From NCBI RefSeq assembly GCF_900199515.1, contig NZ_LT963434.1, forward strand, positions 1,532,180 through 1,564,179: a stretch of DNA of 32,000 bases, given 5' to 3'. The translations under genes were made by a program, and so were the position numbers. Origin of the DNA: Massilicoli timonensis. GTDB taxonomy: Bacteria; Bacillota_I; Bacilli_A; Erysipelotrichales; Erysipelotrichaceae. The notes beneath the pieces are model-generated. The model saw only the letters and a program-made list of their open reading frames with translations. It ran no database searches and was not told where the DNA came from. This document shows, piece after piece, positions 23,538 to 31,072 of the stretch (the first letter of the stretch is position 1; every line of letters starts with the position of its first letter).

Positions 23538-23685
23538 CCCTCCCCCTAACCTGTCAAAAAAAGCCCACCCGCCCAACAGGATCAGTCCGGCGGTGGATGC
23601 GAAATTTGGCAGTACATAAATGAATTTGTCGTTTCATGCGCTTGCGTGGCTTTGTGTCGCGCAGGCGCATTTTGTTTGTCCGACT

Positions 23686-23704
23686 TCTGGACACTTTGTC
23701 CAGA
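23686..23704. repeat. ICE palindrome copy 10 (centre CTT)
   Basis: cgacTTCTGGACActtTGTCCAGAGGtgcggggcgg; 87 nt upstream of sigma-like paralog D. Confidence 0.9.
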
Positions 23705-23745
23705 GGTGCGGGGCGGCTCCCCTGGGTGCCGCTCTCCACCATCCC

Positions 23746-23781
23746 CCGTTTCGGTCACTCGTTCACCCAACACCGAAACGG
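23746..23781 (+). promoter_or_regulatory. 10-bp inverted repeat whose 3' arm runs into the SD of sigma-like paralog D
   Basis: CCGTTTCGGT (23746-23755) / ACCGAAACGG (23772-23781). GGAGG at 23780-23784 and ATG at 23791. Confidence 0.35.
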
Positions 23782-23790
23782 AGGTTTATA

Positions 23791-24201
23791 ATGACTACCA
23801 TCAATCTGAAAGATTTTTATTATTGGTACACGCAGGATCAGTTTATCGAAGTCACCGAGGAAGTGGCCGAGGCACTCCGGGCCAGCGTCCGCTATGAAGC
23901 GGCCTACCAGCGGCGGCTCACCCGGCACAAAGCGCAGTATTCCCTGGACTGTGAGGACGGGATCGAATACTCCGCCTGCCTGCATGAGCCCACTCCCCAG
24001 GAGCTTCTGGAGCGCATGGAGCTGTTTATCCGGCTCTGGAACGCCCTCAACTCCCTGCCGGAGATCCAGGGCCGCCGGATCGATGCTCATATCATTCTTG
24101 GCATAAGCATCAAAGCGATTGCCGAGGCCGATGGTGTACATGAGGAGTCCGTCCGCCAGTCTATCAAGCGGGGCCTGGAACGCATGAAAAAAACTTTTTG
24201 A
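23791..24201 (+). CDS. sigma-region-4-like HTH protein, paralog D
   Basis: Starts MTTINLKDFYYW. Contains FIEVTEEVAEAL, YSLDCEDGIE and the HTH LPEIQGRRIDAHIILGISIKAIAEADGVHEESVRQSIKRGLERMKK. Confidence 0.65.
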   Translation: MTTINLKDFYYWYTQDQFIEVTEEVAEALRASVRYEAAYQRRLTRHKAQYSLDCEDGIEYSACLHEPTPQELLERMELFIRLWNALNSLPEIQGRRIDAHIILGISIKAIAEADGVHEESVRQSIKRGLERMKKTF

Positions 24202-24552
24202 TTTTTGCTGTTTCCCCACTTGGAATTGATGCAAAAATGTCTTGGTTATTAGAGAGGGAAATATAAACCTCTCCGCAACGGAACGGCGGCGGCCCTGAGC
24301 ATAGCGCGGGGAGCCGGGCGGCGGGTGCGCGGTGACTTCTCTCCACGGAGAATGAGCGATAAACACCAGCGCCGCAGGTGGGCCGGGCCAACCCACGGCC
24401 ACGATCCGCCATTGGACAGGCTGGCCGCCTGTCCCTCCGGGCCGCCGTTCCCCGTTGTGTGGGGATGCCGCGCCGAGTATGGTTGTCTTTGGACAGGTCA
24501 AGGAAACGGGCGCGGCACTCCCTAATTTATCAAAAAAGAGGGGGAACGCTCT

Positions 24553-24753
24553 ATGAACTATGATCCAGAACTGGCGGCCTTGCTCTCCCAGCCGTGGAGC
24601 AACGATGCCTGCCGGGGGTACGTCATCGCCGCGATGGAGCGGTGCGGCTTTAAGCCGTCCGACATTGAACAGGTGATGGTCGAGCTTTACGAGGTATTCG
24701 ACTATACCACTTTGCAGGAGGCCGAGGCATACTACGAGCGGAGCCCCTACTAA
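24553..24753 (+). CDS. small hypothetical protein (66 aa). Its position makes it a possible recombination directionality factor or regulator.
   Basis: ATG after SD AGAGGGGG. No motif I recognise. Confidence 0.45.
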   Translation: MNYDPELAALLSQPWSNDACRGYVIAAMERCGFKPSDIEQVMVELYEVFDYTTLQEAEAYYERSPY

Positions 24754-24755
24754 CT

Positions 24756-24774
24756 TCCGGACACTTTGTCCAGA
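24756..24774. repeat. ICE palindrome copy 11 (centre CTT, 1 mismatch)
   Basis: taacTTCcGGACActtTGTCCAGAGGtac; 2 nt after the stop of 24553-24753. Confidence 0.85.
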
Positions 24775-24862
24775 GGTACATATCCGGCCAAAGGCCAGCA
24801 CTTTCCCGGTGCTGGCCTTTGCCATGTTTCAAGACATTCTTTGATTGCATGGGAGGGATTTT

Positions 24863-25036
24863 ATGCAGGCACAGGTCAAATATGAAAGTGAAATCAAAAC
24901 TGCTGTACTCGGAGATCGCACGATCACCGTCAAAAATCTCACCCCCGTTTTTTCCCCGCAGGAACAGGACAAGCGCAACCGCGAGATTGAGCGGCGGCTG
25001 TTTGACGTGTTCCGCAAATATGCCGGGCGGGGGTAG
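24863..25036 (+). CDS. small hypothetical protein (57 aa) upstream of the recombinase
   Basis: ATG 24863 after SD GGGAGGG. Sequence MQAQVKYESEIKTAVLGDRTITVKNLTPVFSPQEQDKRNREIERRLFDVFRKY. Confidence 0.45.
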   Translation: MQAQVKYESEIKTAVLGDRTITVKNLTPVFSPQEQDKRNREIERRLFDVFRKYAGRG

Positions 25037-25120
25037 GCCAGAGTCATCCTTGTAGTAAGGGGGCGGCAGAGGTACAATATAATTGTAGGTTGGCTCCCGT
25101 TTAACGGAAGGGAGCTAATT

Positions 25121-26602
25121 ATGGATAGTAGAATAGATGCAATTTATGGGCGGCAGTCGATTGACAAAAAAGACAGTATCAGCATTGAAAGTCAGTTTGA
25201 ATTTTGCCGCTATGAGCTTAAAGGCGGTGAGGGTAAGGAATACAAAGACAAGGGCTACTCTGGCAAGAACATTGAGCGCCCCGACTTCCAGCGGCTTCTG
25301 CAGGACATCCGGCTGGGCCTGATTAAGCGGGTGATCGTCTACAAGCTGGATCGGATTAGCCGTTCCATCGTGGACTTTGCAAAGCTCATGGAACTGTTCA
25401 AGCAGTACGATGTGGAGTTTGTGTCCTGCACAGAAAAGTTTGACACTTCCACGCCGATGGGCCGCGCGATGCTCAATATCTGCATTGTCTTTGCCCAGCT
25501 TGAACGCGAAAGCATCCAGATGCGTGTGCAGGACGCTTTCTATTCCCGGTGTACCAAAGGCTACTATATGCGAGGCCGGACGCCATACGGTTTTGATACC
25601 GAGCCCATCGTCATGGACGGGATCAAGACAAAGAAGCTGGTGGAAAATGCGGAAATGGATTTTGCCGAGCTGATGTATCAAATGTATGCGGAGCCGGGCA
25701 ACTCCTACGGCGACATATCCCGGTACTTTGCCGAGAACGACATTAAGGTTTATGACAAGTCCCTAAAGCGCGGGTTTATTGCTCAACTGCTGAGAAACCC
25801 CGTCTACGTCCAGGCCGATATGGACATCTACGAATACTTCAAGGCCCAGGGCGTAAAAATTGAAAGTTCCCCGGAAATGTTCACAGGGGACAATAGCTGT
25901 TATCTCTATCAAGGGCGCGAGGGCGAGGAGCCGATCCTTGTGATTGCTCCCCACCAGGGGCGCATCCCCTCCCAGCTCTGGCTGACCGTTCAGCGCAAGC
26001 TCTCACAAAACACCACATTCCAGAATGGCCGGAAATGCCATAACACATGGCTGGCCGGGAAAATCAAGTGTGGACGTTGCGGCTATGCCCTGGCAAGTCT
26101 GAACGCCAGAAATGGTGTCACCTACCTGCGGTGCAAACAACGGGCAGACAATAAGAGCTGCAAGGGAGCCGGTACGCTGACCGCGCAAAGCATGGAGGCG
26201 TTTGTTTACGGCGAGATGGTTAAGAAGATGCGGAAATTCCACACGCTGAAAGGCGGAAAGGAACAAAGCTATAATCCGAAGCTGACCGCCGCCCGTGTCG
26301 CCCTTGCAAAGACGGAAAGTGAGATCGAGAAACTTCTGGACACTTTGTCCGGCGCTAATCCGCTTCTCCTGCAATACGCAAACACCCGCATTGAGGAACT
26401 GGATGCGGAACGGCAGAAACAGCTCCGGCTGGTCGCAGACCTCACCGCTAATTCTGTTTCCGCTTCACAGATTGATAGCATTACGGGCTATCTTGATGAT
26501 TGGGAGTCCGTGAGCTTTGACGATAAGCGTAAGGTGGTTGATATACTCATATCACAGATTGACGCTACCAGTGAGAGTGTTACAATCCACTGGAAAATCT
26601 AA
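25121..26602 (+). CDS. large serine recombinase (ICE integrase)
   Basis: N-terminal resolvase domain AIYGRQSIDKKDSISIESQ...VIVYKLDRISRS. Central recombinase domain plus a zinc ribbon (CGRCGYAL...CKQRADNKSC) and a coiled coil. Confidence 0.9.
   Translation: MDSRIDAIYGRQSIDKKDSISIESQFEFCRYELKGGEGKEYKDKGYSGKNIERPDFQRLLQDIRLGLIKRVIVYKLDRISRSIVDFAKLMELFKQYDVEFVSCTEKFDTSTPMGRAMLNICIVFAQLERESIQMRVQDAFYSRCTKGYYMRGRTPYGFDTEPIVMDGIKTKKLVENAEMDFAELMYQMYAEPGNSYGDISRYFAENDIKVYDKSLKRGFIAQLLRNPVYVQADMDIYEYFKAQGVKIESSPEMFTGDNSCYLYQGREGEEPILVIAPHQGRIPSQLWLTVQRKLSQNTTFQNGRKCHNTWLAGKIKCGRCGYALASLNARNGVTYLRCKQRADNKSCKGAGTLTAQSMEAFVYGEMVKKMRKFHTLKGGKEQSYNPKLTAARVALAKTESEIEKLLDTLSGANPLLLQYANTRIEELDAERQKQLRLVADLTANSVSASQIDSITGYLDDWESVSFDDKRKVVDILISQIDATSESVTIHWKI
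26335..26353. repeat. ICE palindrome copy 12 (centre CTT, right arm degenerate), inside the recombinase gene
   Basis: aaacTTCTGGACActtTGTCCgGcGcta; read as LLDTLSG. Confidence 0.6.
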
Positions 26603-26721
26603 AACCTTTTCACTTGGCATTATGCCCTTGTCAAGAATAGTTTTCTGCTTTGAAAACAATAGATGTATTTTTGTAATGGATCGCCATAGGATAGAAAGAA
26701 GCGAACTGCTTTGCTTTTATC

Positions 26722-28923
26722 CTAGTCTTCTGCTTGTTCCTCCTCACTTTGGAAAAGCGGGAAATGAACGATTGCCTTAAATAGATCGCCGTCGATCTCG
26801 ATATGGAAGGTGCCGCCCTGTAACTGCACGAAGCTTTGTACGATGGATAAGCCAAGTCCGCTTCCTTCACTGTTGCGGCTGGAATCACCGCGTACAAAGC
26901 GTTCTATGATCTCATCGGCGCGGAAATGGATTTCTTTTTCCGAGATATTGCGGAAAGTTACCGTAATCTGATCGGTTTCACGCACTTCGATATAGACGCG
27001 GCTGTTAGGCAAGGCATATTTGCCGATATTGCCCAGCAGATTGGCAAAAATCCGATATGTTTTCTGTGGATCTAGGAAAGCATATTGTTTATCTGCATCG
27101 CTTTGAAAGCGTACATCGAGTTGTTTATCTGCCAAGGTATCACGGTATTCGACCAGCAGCTGATTCAGCAGTTCATTAAGATCTAAGCGTATCGGATGCA
27201 GTACGATTGCGCCGCTGCTGGCTTTACTGACTTCAAACAGATCTTCGATCAGATGCTTTAATCTTGAGGCATTGACTTCCAGTGTATCCAGATAAGCCTG
27301 TTTTTCTGCTTCGGTGGCATCGGTATTCTTTAATAGATCAACATAAGAAACAATAGAGGTAAGCGGTGTTTTTAAGTCATGCGACACATTGGTGATCAAC
27401 TCTGTTTTCATTTTTTGGCTCTTGACTTCATCCGCTACCGCTTTGCTGAAACCATCTCGGATAGAGACAATAGAATCATTCATACTCTGATAAATGCCGA
27501 GATCTTTGATCGGCTGCGCATCAAACTGTCCGGTTTCGATTTCATGAAGGGCATCGCGCATGTCTTCATAATTACGCTGATACTGCCGATAGGTGTGCAG
27601 GGCGAGATAACCTAAGAATCCATGGTAAAGCAGCACTACGAGCATAAATGGAATGTTTGGATGGGTAAACGTATTATAGCGTATCAGGAAAAAGTCGAAT
27701 AAGAAGTTGATCAGCAAAAAGACGATGATATACTGTACGCCGCGGTTATGAATATCCACGCTGCACAGTTTGCGATAGAACTTGCACAGCAAGGAAGTAA
27801 TCAAGATATGGTGCTTGCAATAAGAGCCCCATCCTTTTTCCTTGATTTGCTTCAGGTGCTGGATGAAGAGGAATACCGCCAATAAAGAAGTCCACACATA
27901 TAGGAATACACAGCCGTTGATTGCGATCAAAAACGGTGTTTCCCAATTTGTACCGATCTGCAGCAAGTTGGTTTCATAAAACTGCGGAATGGCGATCGTG
28001 CCGGCAATCCCGATCGAAAGCAGGATCATATCAAAGAACAGATGCGCTTCTAACGGGATATGCAGAAAGGCACGAAAGCCTTTCATCGTCTTGGCATAAG
28101 ACAGTGGGAACAATAAGCAAAAGATCGTCCAAAGCCCCAGTGCCCCCAGAAACAACAAAGCGGAAATTTGAAAGGAAACTGCCATCGGATTTGCGATCTG
28201 GTGATAGAATAAATAGTCATAAACCGAAATGTCTTTTGGCACAGCGATGATATAATCCGCATTTTTGATCGGTCGGTAAGCGGCGGGCAGCAGCTGCAAT
28301 GATGGATCTTCCTGCATGCTTTCCTGCTCTGCCTCATTATAAAGATCATAAAGATATTCTTGCACATAGTGATACTGCGCTGTCTTTAGTCGTTCCATAT
28401 AGTCATAAGTCTGGATCGTATCGCTCAGTTCACTGATGGATACCACACCGTTTTCATCAAAGGAAAAGCGGACATACCATAAATAATCACCGTCTTCCAT
28501 GTCTGTTTCTCTTAGATTCGGCTGATTGGTAAACTCACTTTCTTTTTCTTGATCCTTTAACAGCAAAGAGTAGGAAAGGGCGGAGGCATCGTTTCTGAAC
28601 CAGCTATTCCAGTTTCTTTGCAAGAAGGATTCGACATAATCAGGCAAATAGTCGAGATCGTGCTCTTCCGGATCCAATTTGCTTTCATCTATCAAAATAT
28701 GATAAGGACTTTCACTCTGCTGCAAAAGCTCCAGCATGCCCTGTGCATATAGCGTTACGATCAATTCATCGCTGTTTCTTGGAATGGTTTGATCTTTGAT
28801 TTCCTCATAAGCGTTTTTTTCGATGTACTGCGTAATCGGAAATTGTAACAAACACGCAAGCATGGCAATGACCGCTGTGCCTGCAAGCAGGAGCAGTGTG
28901 TATTTGAATGTTGTTTTTTTCAT
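26722..28923 (-). CDS. sensor histidine kinase with a large N-terminal extracytoplasmic/multi-TM region
   Basis: H-box SHDLKTPLTSIVSYVDLL, N-box LLGNIGKYALPNS and G-box GSGLGLSIV. AT-rich chromosomal context. Confidence 0.85.
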   Translation of the reverse strand: MKKTTFKYTLLLLAGTAVIAMLACLLQFPITQYIEKNAYEEIKDQTIPRNSDELIVTLYAQGMLELLQQSESPYHILIDESKLDPEEHDLDYLPDYVESFLQRNWNSWFRNDASALSYSLLLKDQEKESEFTNQPNLRETDMEDGDYLWYVRFSFDENGVVSISELSDTIQTYDYMERLKTAQYHYVQEYLYDLYNEAEQESMQEDPSLQLLPAAYRPIKNADYIIAVPKDISVYDYLFYHQIANPMAVSFQISALLFLGALGLWTIFCLLFPLSYAKTMKGFRAFLHIPLEAHLFFDMILLSIGIAGTIAIPQFYETNLLQIGTNWETPFLIAINGCVFLYVWTSLLAVFLFIQHLKQIKEKGWGSYCKHHILITSLLCKFYRKLCSVDIHNRGVQYIIVFLLINFLFDFFLIRYNTFTHPNIPFMLVVLLYHGFLGYLALHTYRQYQRNYEDMRDALHEIETGQFDAQPIKDLGIYQSMNDSIVSIRDGFSKAVADEVKSQKMKTELITNVSHDLKTPLTSIVSYVDLLKNTDATEAEKQAYLDTLEVNASRLKHLIEDLFEVSKASSGAIVLHPIRLDLNELLNQLLVEYRDTLADKQLDVRFQSDADKQYAFLDPQKTYRIFANLLGNIGKYALPNSRVYIEVRETDQITVTFRNISEKEIHFRADEIIERFVRGDSSRNSEGSGLGLSIVQSFVQLQGGTFHIEIDGDLFKAIVHFPLFQSEEEQAED

Positions 28924-28950
28924 GTATATCTTTCCTTCCCGATAAAAGCA

Positions 28951-29649
28951 TTACGCTTCTATTTTATATCCTACGCCCCATACGACTTTTAGGTGGCGTG
29001 GGTTCTTGGGATCGATTTCGATCTTTTCACGAATATTGCGGATATGGACCATGACGGTTTCCGAATTGATCGCCGTTTCTTTCCATACGGCTTCATAAAT
29101 CGTATCGCTGGAATAGACGCGTCCCGGATGGCTCATCAGCAGATGCAGGATCTTAAACTCGATCGGCGTCAGCTTGGTCAAGGTCCCGTTCACATACAGC
29201 TGTTTCTGATCGATGTGCAGCTCCAGTCCGCCAAGGGAGAGGACCTGTTCATCTTCCTGTTGTTTTTCCTGCAGCTGTAAATAACGCGCATATCTTCTTA
29301 AATTCGCATTGACCCGTGCCAGCAGCTCCATCGGTGTAAAAGGCTTGGTGATATAGTCATCTGCACCGATATTCAGTCCGGTGATCTTATCAATATCCTC
29401 TGATTTTGCCGATAACATCAAGATCGGAAAATCATAATGTTCCCGTGCTTTCATGGTCATCGTAATGCCGTCCATGATCGGCATCATGATATCGACAATG
29501 GCGAGATGGATGGTTTCCCGTTCCATGATCGATAATCCCTCTTTGCCGTTTGCGGCCTGAAAAACCGTATACCCCTGATTTCTTAAATAAATTTCAATGG
29601 CGTCATTGATCGCCTTTTCATCTTCTACCACTAATATCTGATAATTCAT
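28951..29649 (-). CDS. OmpR/PhoB-family response regulator
   Basis: Receiver domain ILVVEDE...AIVDIMMPIMDG...SAKSE...GADDYITKPF. Winged-helix C-terminus LTPIEFKILHLLMSHPGRVYS...VWGVGYK. Confidence 0.9.
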   Translation of the reverse strand: MNYQILVVEDEKAINDAIEIYLRNQGYTVFQAANGKEGLSIMERETIHLAIVDIMMPIMDGITMTMKAREHYDFPILMLSAKSEDIDKITGLNIGADDYITKPFTPMELLARVNANLRRYARYLQLQEKQQEDEQVLSLGGLELHIDQKQLYVNGTLTKLTPIEFKILHLLMSHPGRVYSSDTIYEAVWKETAINSETVMVHIRNIREKIEIDPKNPRHLKVVWGVGYKIEA

Positions 29650-29718
29650 AACTTGCCCTCTCTTGTTATGCTTACATCATAGCAGAACTTTTGATTGAAT
29701 GAAATATGAGATTTCGTT

Positions 29719-29826
29719 TCATTCAAAATGATCGATGTGGGTAATAGCGGCAATACATCCGATCAGAATGCAGAATAAAGCGGTGATCACAAAGGCTTGT
29801 ATGAGCGTAGAGAAAAACAGATTCAT
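29719..29826 (-). CDS. possible 35-aa hydrophobic peptide upstream of the two-component operon
   Basis: MNLFFSTLIQAFVITALFCILIGCIAAITHIDHFE. ATG lies after SD AAAGGAG. Not in the ORF track because it is under 60 aa. Confidence 0.3.
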   Translation of the reverse strand: MNLFFSTLIQAFVITALFCILIGCIAAITHIDHFE

Positions 29827-30067
29827 AATGTCAGCTCCTTTCATTGTTTTCATTATAAAGAATGATTATAAAGAAGCGGGTGCGAAAAAACGAAAGAATT
29901 TCTAAAGATTTTTGAAAAGCATTAAAAATGGAAGATATGGTTTTGGAAAAGGGAAAGGATCGGATAGTTGTTTCTAAATTTTGCGTGCCAAAGAAGAGAA
30001 AGTAAAACAAAGGTAGTAAGAAAGCGATAGAATATGATAAAATGTAACAAGACATTGAGGTGAGCAT

Positions 30068-30985
30068 ATGGAGAAAAAAGGAAAGATCGTTACCGTTGTC
30101 GGCACGAACGCATCGGGGAAAAGTGATTTGGCGGTGTATTTGGCTAAAAAATATAACGGTGAGATCATATCGGCAGATTCTCGGCAGATCTATCGGGGGT
30201 ATGATCTGGGAACGGGGAAATTGAGCAAAGCGGAAATGCAGGGCGTTGTGCATCATATGATCGATATTCTCGACAGTAACGAACTGTTTTCAGTCGCTGA
30301 TTTTCAAGCGCGTGCTTATGCGTGCATCGACGATATCTTAAGGCGGGGGAAACTGCCGATCATCGCGGGAGGAACGGGTCTTTATGTGCGCAGTGTGGTA
30401 AAGGGTTATACGTTTGTAAAGATGGAACCGGATCTTGAACTGCGCGAGGCACTGGAAAAGAAAACGACAGAAGAGCTGTATGCACAATTAGCGGAAATAG
30501 ATGAGCAGGCGGCAAAACGCAATACGAAGGAAAATCGGCGGCGGATCATCAGAGCGCTGGAAAAGTACCATGTACTTGGAAAAGAGGCGCTGCAGGATCA
30601 TTATGAACCGCGCTATGAAGCACTGCAATTAGGGGTAACGTGGCCAAATGCGATCTTGCATGAACGCATTGATGTGCGCATGAGAAAACGCTTTGATGAA
30701 GGCATGATCGAAGAGGTAAAAGGATTGATGGAGCAGGGAGCAACCGCAGCATTCATGGAAGCACTGGGATTGGAGTATCGTCATATCTACTATTATTTAA
30801 GTGGAAGATACCAAAGCAAGGAAGAACTCTATACCGAATTGAGCAGAGCGATCAAACGCTTTGCCAAACAGCAGAAAACGTGGTTTCGCAAAGATCATGA
30901 CATTATCTGGCTGGATATGGAACAAGATTATAAAGCGCAGGCAGAAGCACAGATCGAAGCGTTTCTGCATGATTCAGACAAATAA
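30068..30985 (+). CDS. miaA: tRNA dimethylallyltransferase
   Basis: P-loop GTNASGKSDLA, then GEIISADSRQIYRGYDLGTGK and IIAGGTGLYVRS, which is the MiaA pattern. 305 aa. Confidence 0.8.
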   Translation: MEKKGKIVTVVGTNASGKSDLAVYLAKKYNGEIISADSRQIYRGYDLGTGKLSKAEMQGVVHHMIDILDSNELFSVADFQARAYACIDDILRRGKLPIIAGGTGLYVRSVVKGYTFVKMEPDLELREALEKKTTEELYAQLAEIDEQAAKRNTKENRRRIIRALEKYHVLGKEALQDHYEPRYEALQLGVTWPNAILHERIDVRMRKRFDEGMIEEVKGLMEQGATAAFMEALGLEYRHIYYYLSGRYQSKEELYTELSRAIKRFAKQQKTWFRKDHDIIWLDMEQDYKAQAEAQIEAFLHDSDK

Positions 30986-31016
30986 GCGCTGTTTGGTAAT
31001 CAGAGATAGCAGAATA

Positions 31017-31047
31017 TGAAAAAAGATCGCTGAAAAGCGGTCTTTTT
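31017..31047. terminator. bidirectional intrinsic terminator between convergent miaA and the PBP gene
   Basis: A-run, stem GATCGCT / AGCGGTC (one G-U pair), loop gaaa, then TTTTT. Confidence 0.5.
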
Positions 31048-31072
31048 CGTATCATGATAAGCAAAAGACGGA

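Larger units (their letters stand above)
21880..23540. other. AT-rich cargo islet (TetR regulator + nitroreductase) inside the GC-rich ICE
   Basis: Visibly much lower GC than the flanks. Has its own promoter/operators and two terminators. Bracketed by palindrome copies 9 and 10. Confidence 0.7.
1..26660. mobile_element. Tn1549/CTn-like integrative conjugative element (right part). The left end is outside the window; the right end lies somewhere in 26603-26721.
   Basis: Continuous GC-rich block with T4SS genes (VirB4, VirB6-like, PrgI-like, Maff2, NlpC/P60 hydrolase, T4CP remnant), two relaxases, replication genes and a terminal large serine recombinase. Composition shifts abruptly to AT-rich housekeeping genes after ~26.6 kb. 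Confidence 0.75.

Noticed and set aside
8730-26353. The 12 palindromic repeats as a CRISPR array
   Set aside because: Spacing is 0.4-2.9 kb and irregular. The intervening sequence consists of conserved conjugation genes. The repeats overlap coding sequence and no cas genes are present.
29831-30256. 141-aa minus-strand ORF between the small peptide and miaA
   Set aside because: It overlaps the miaA start and its promoter region. Its sequence is low-complexity and AT-driven (Phe/Ile/Leu/Ser-rich) with no SD.
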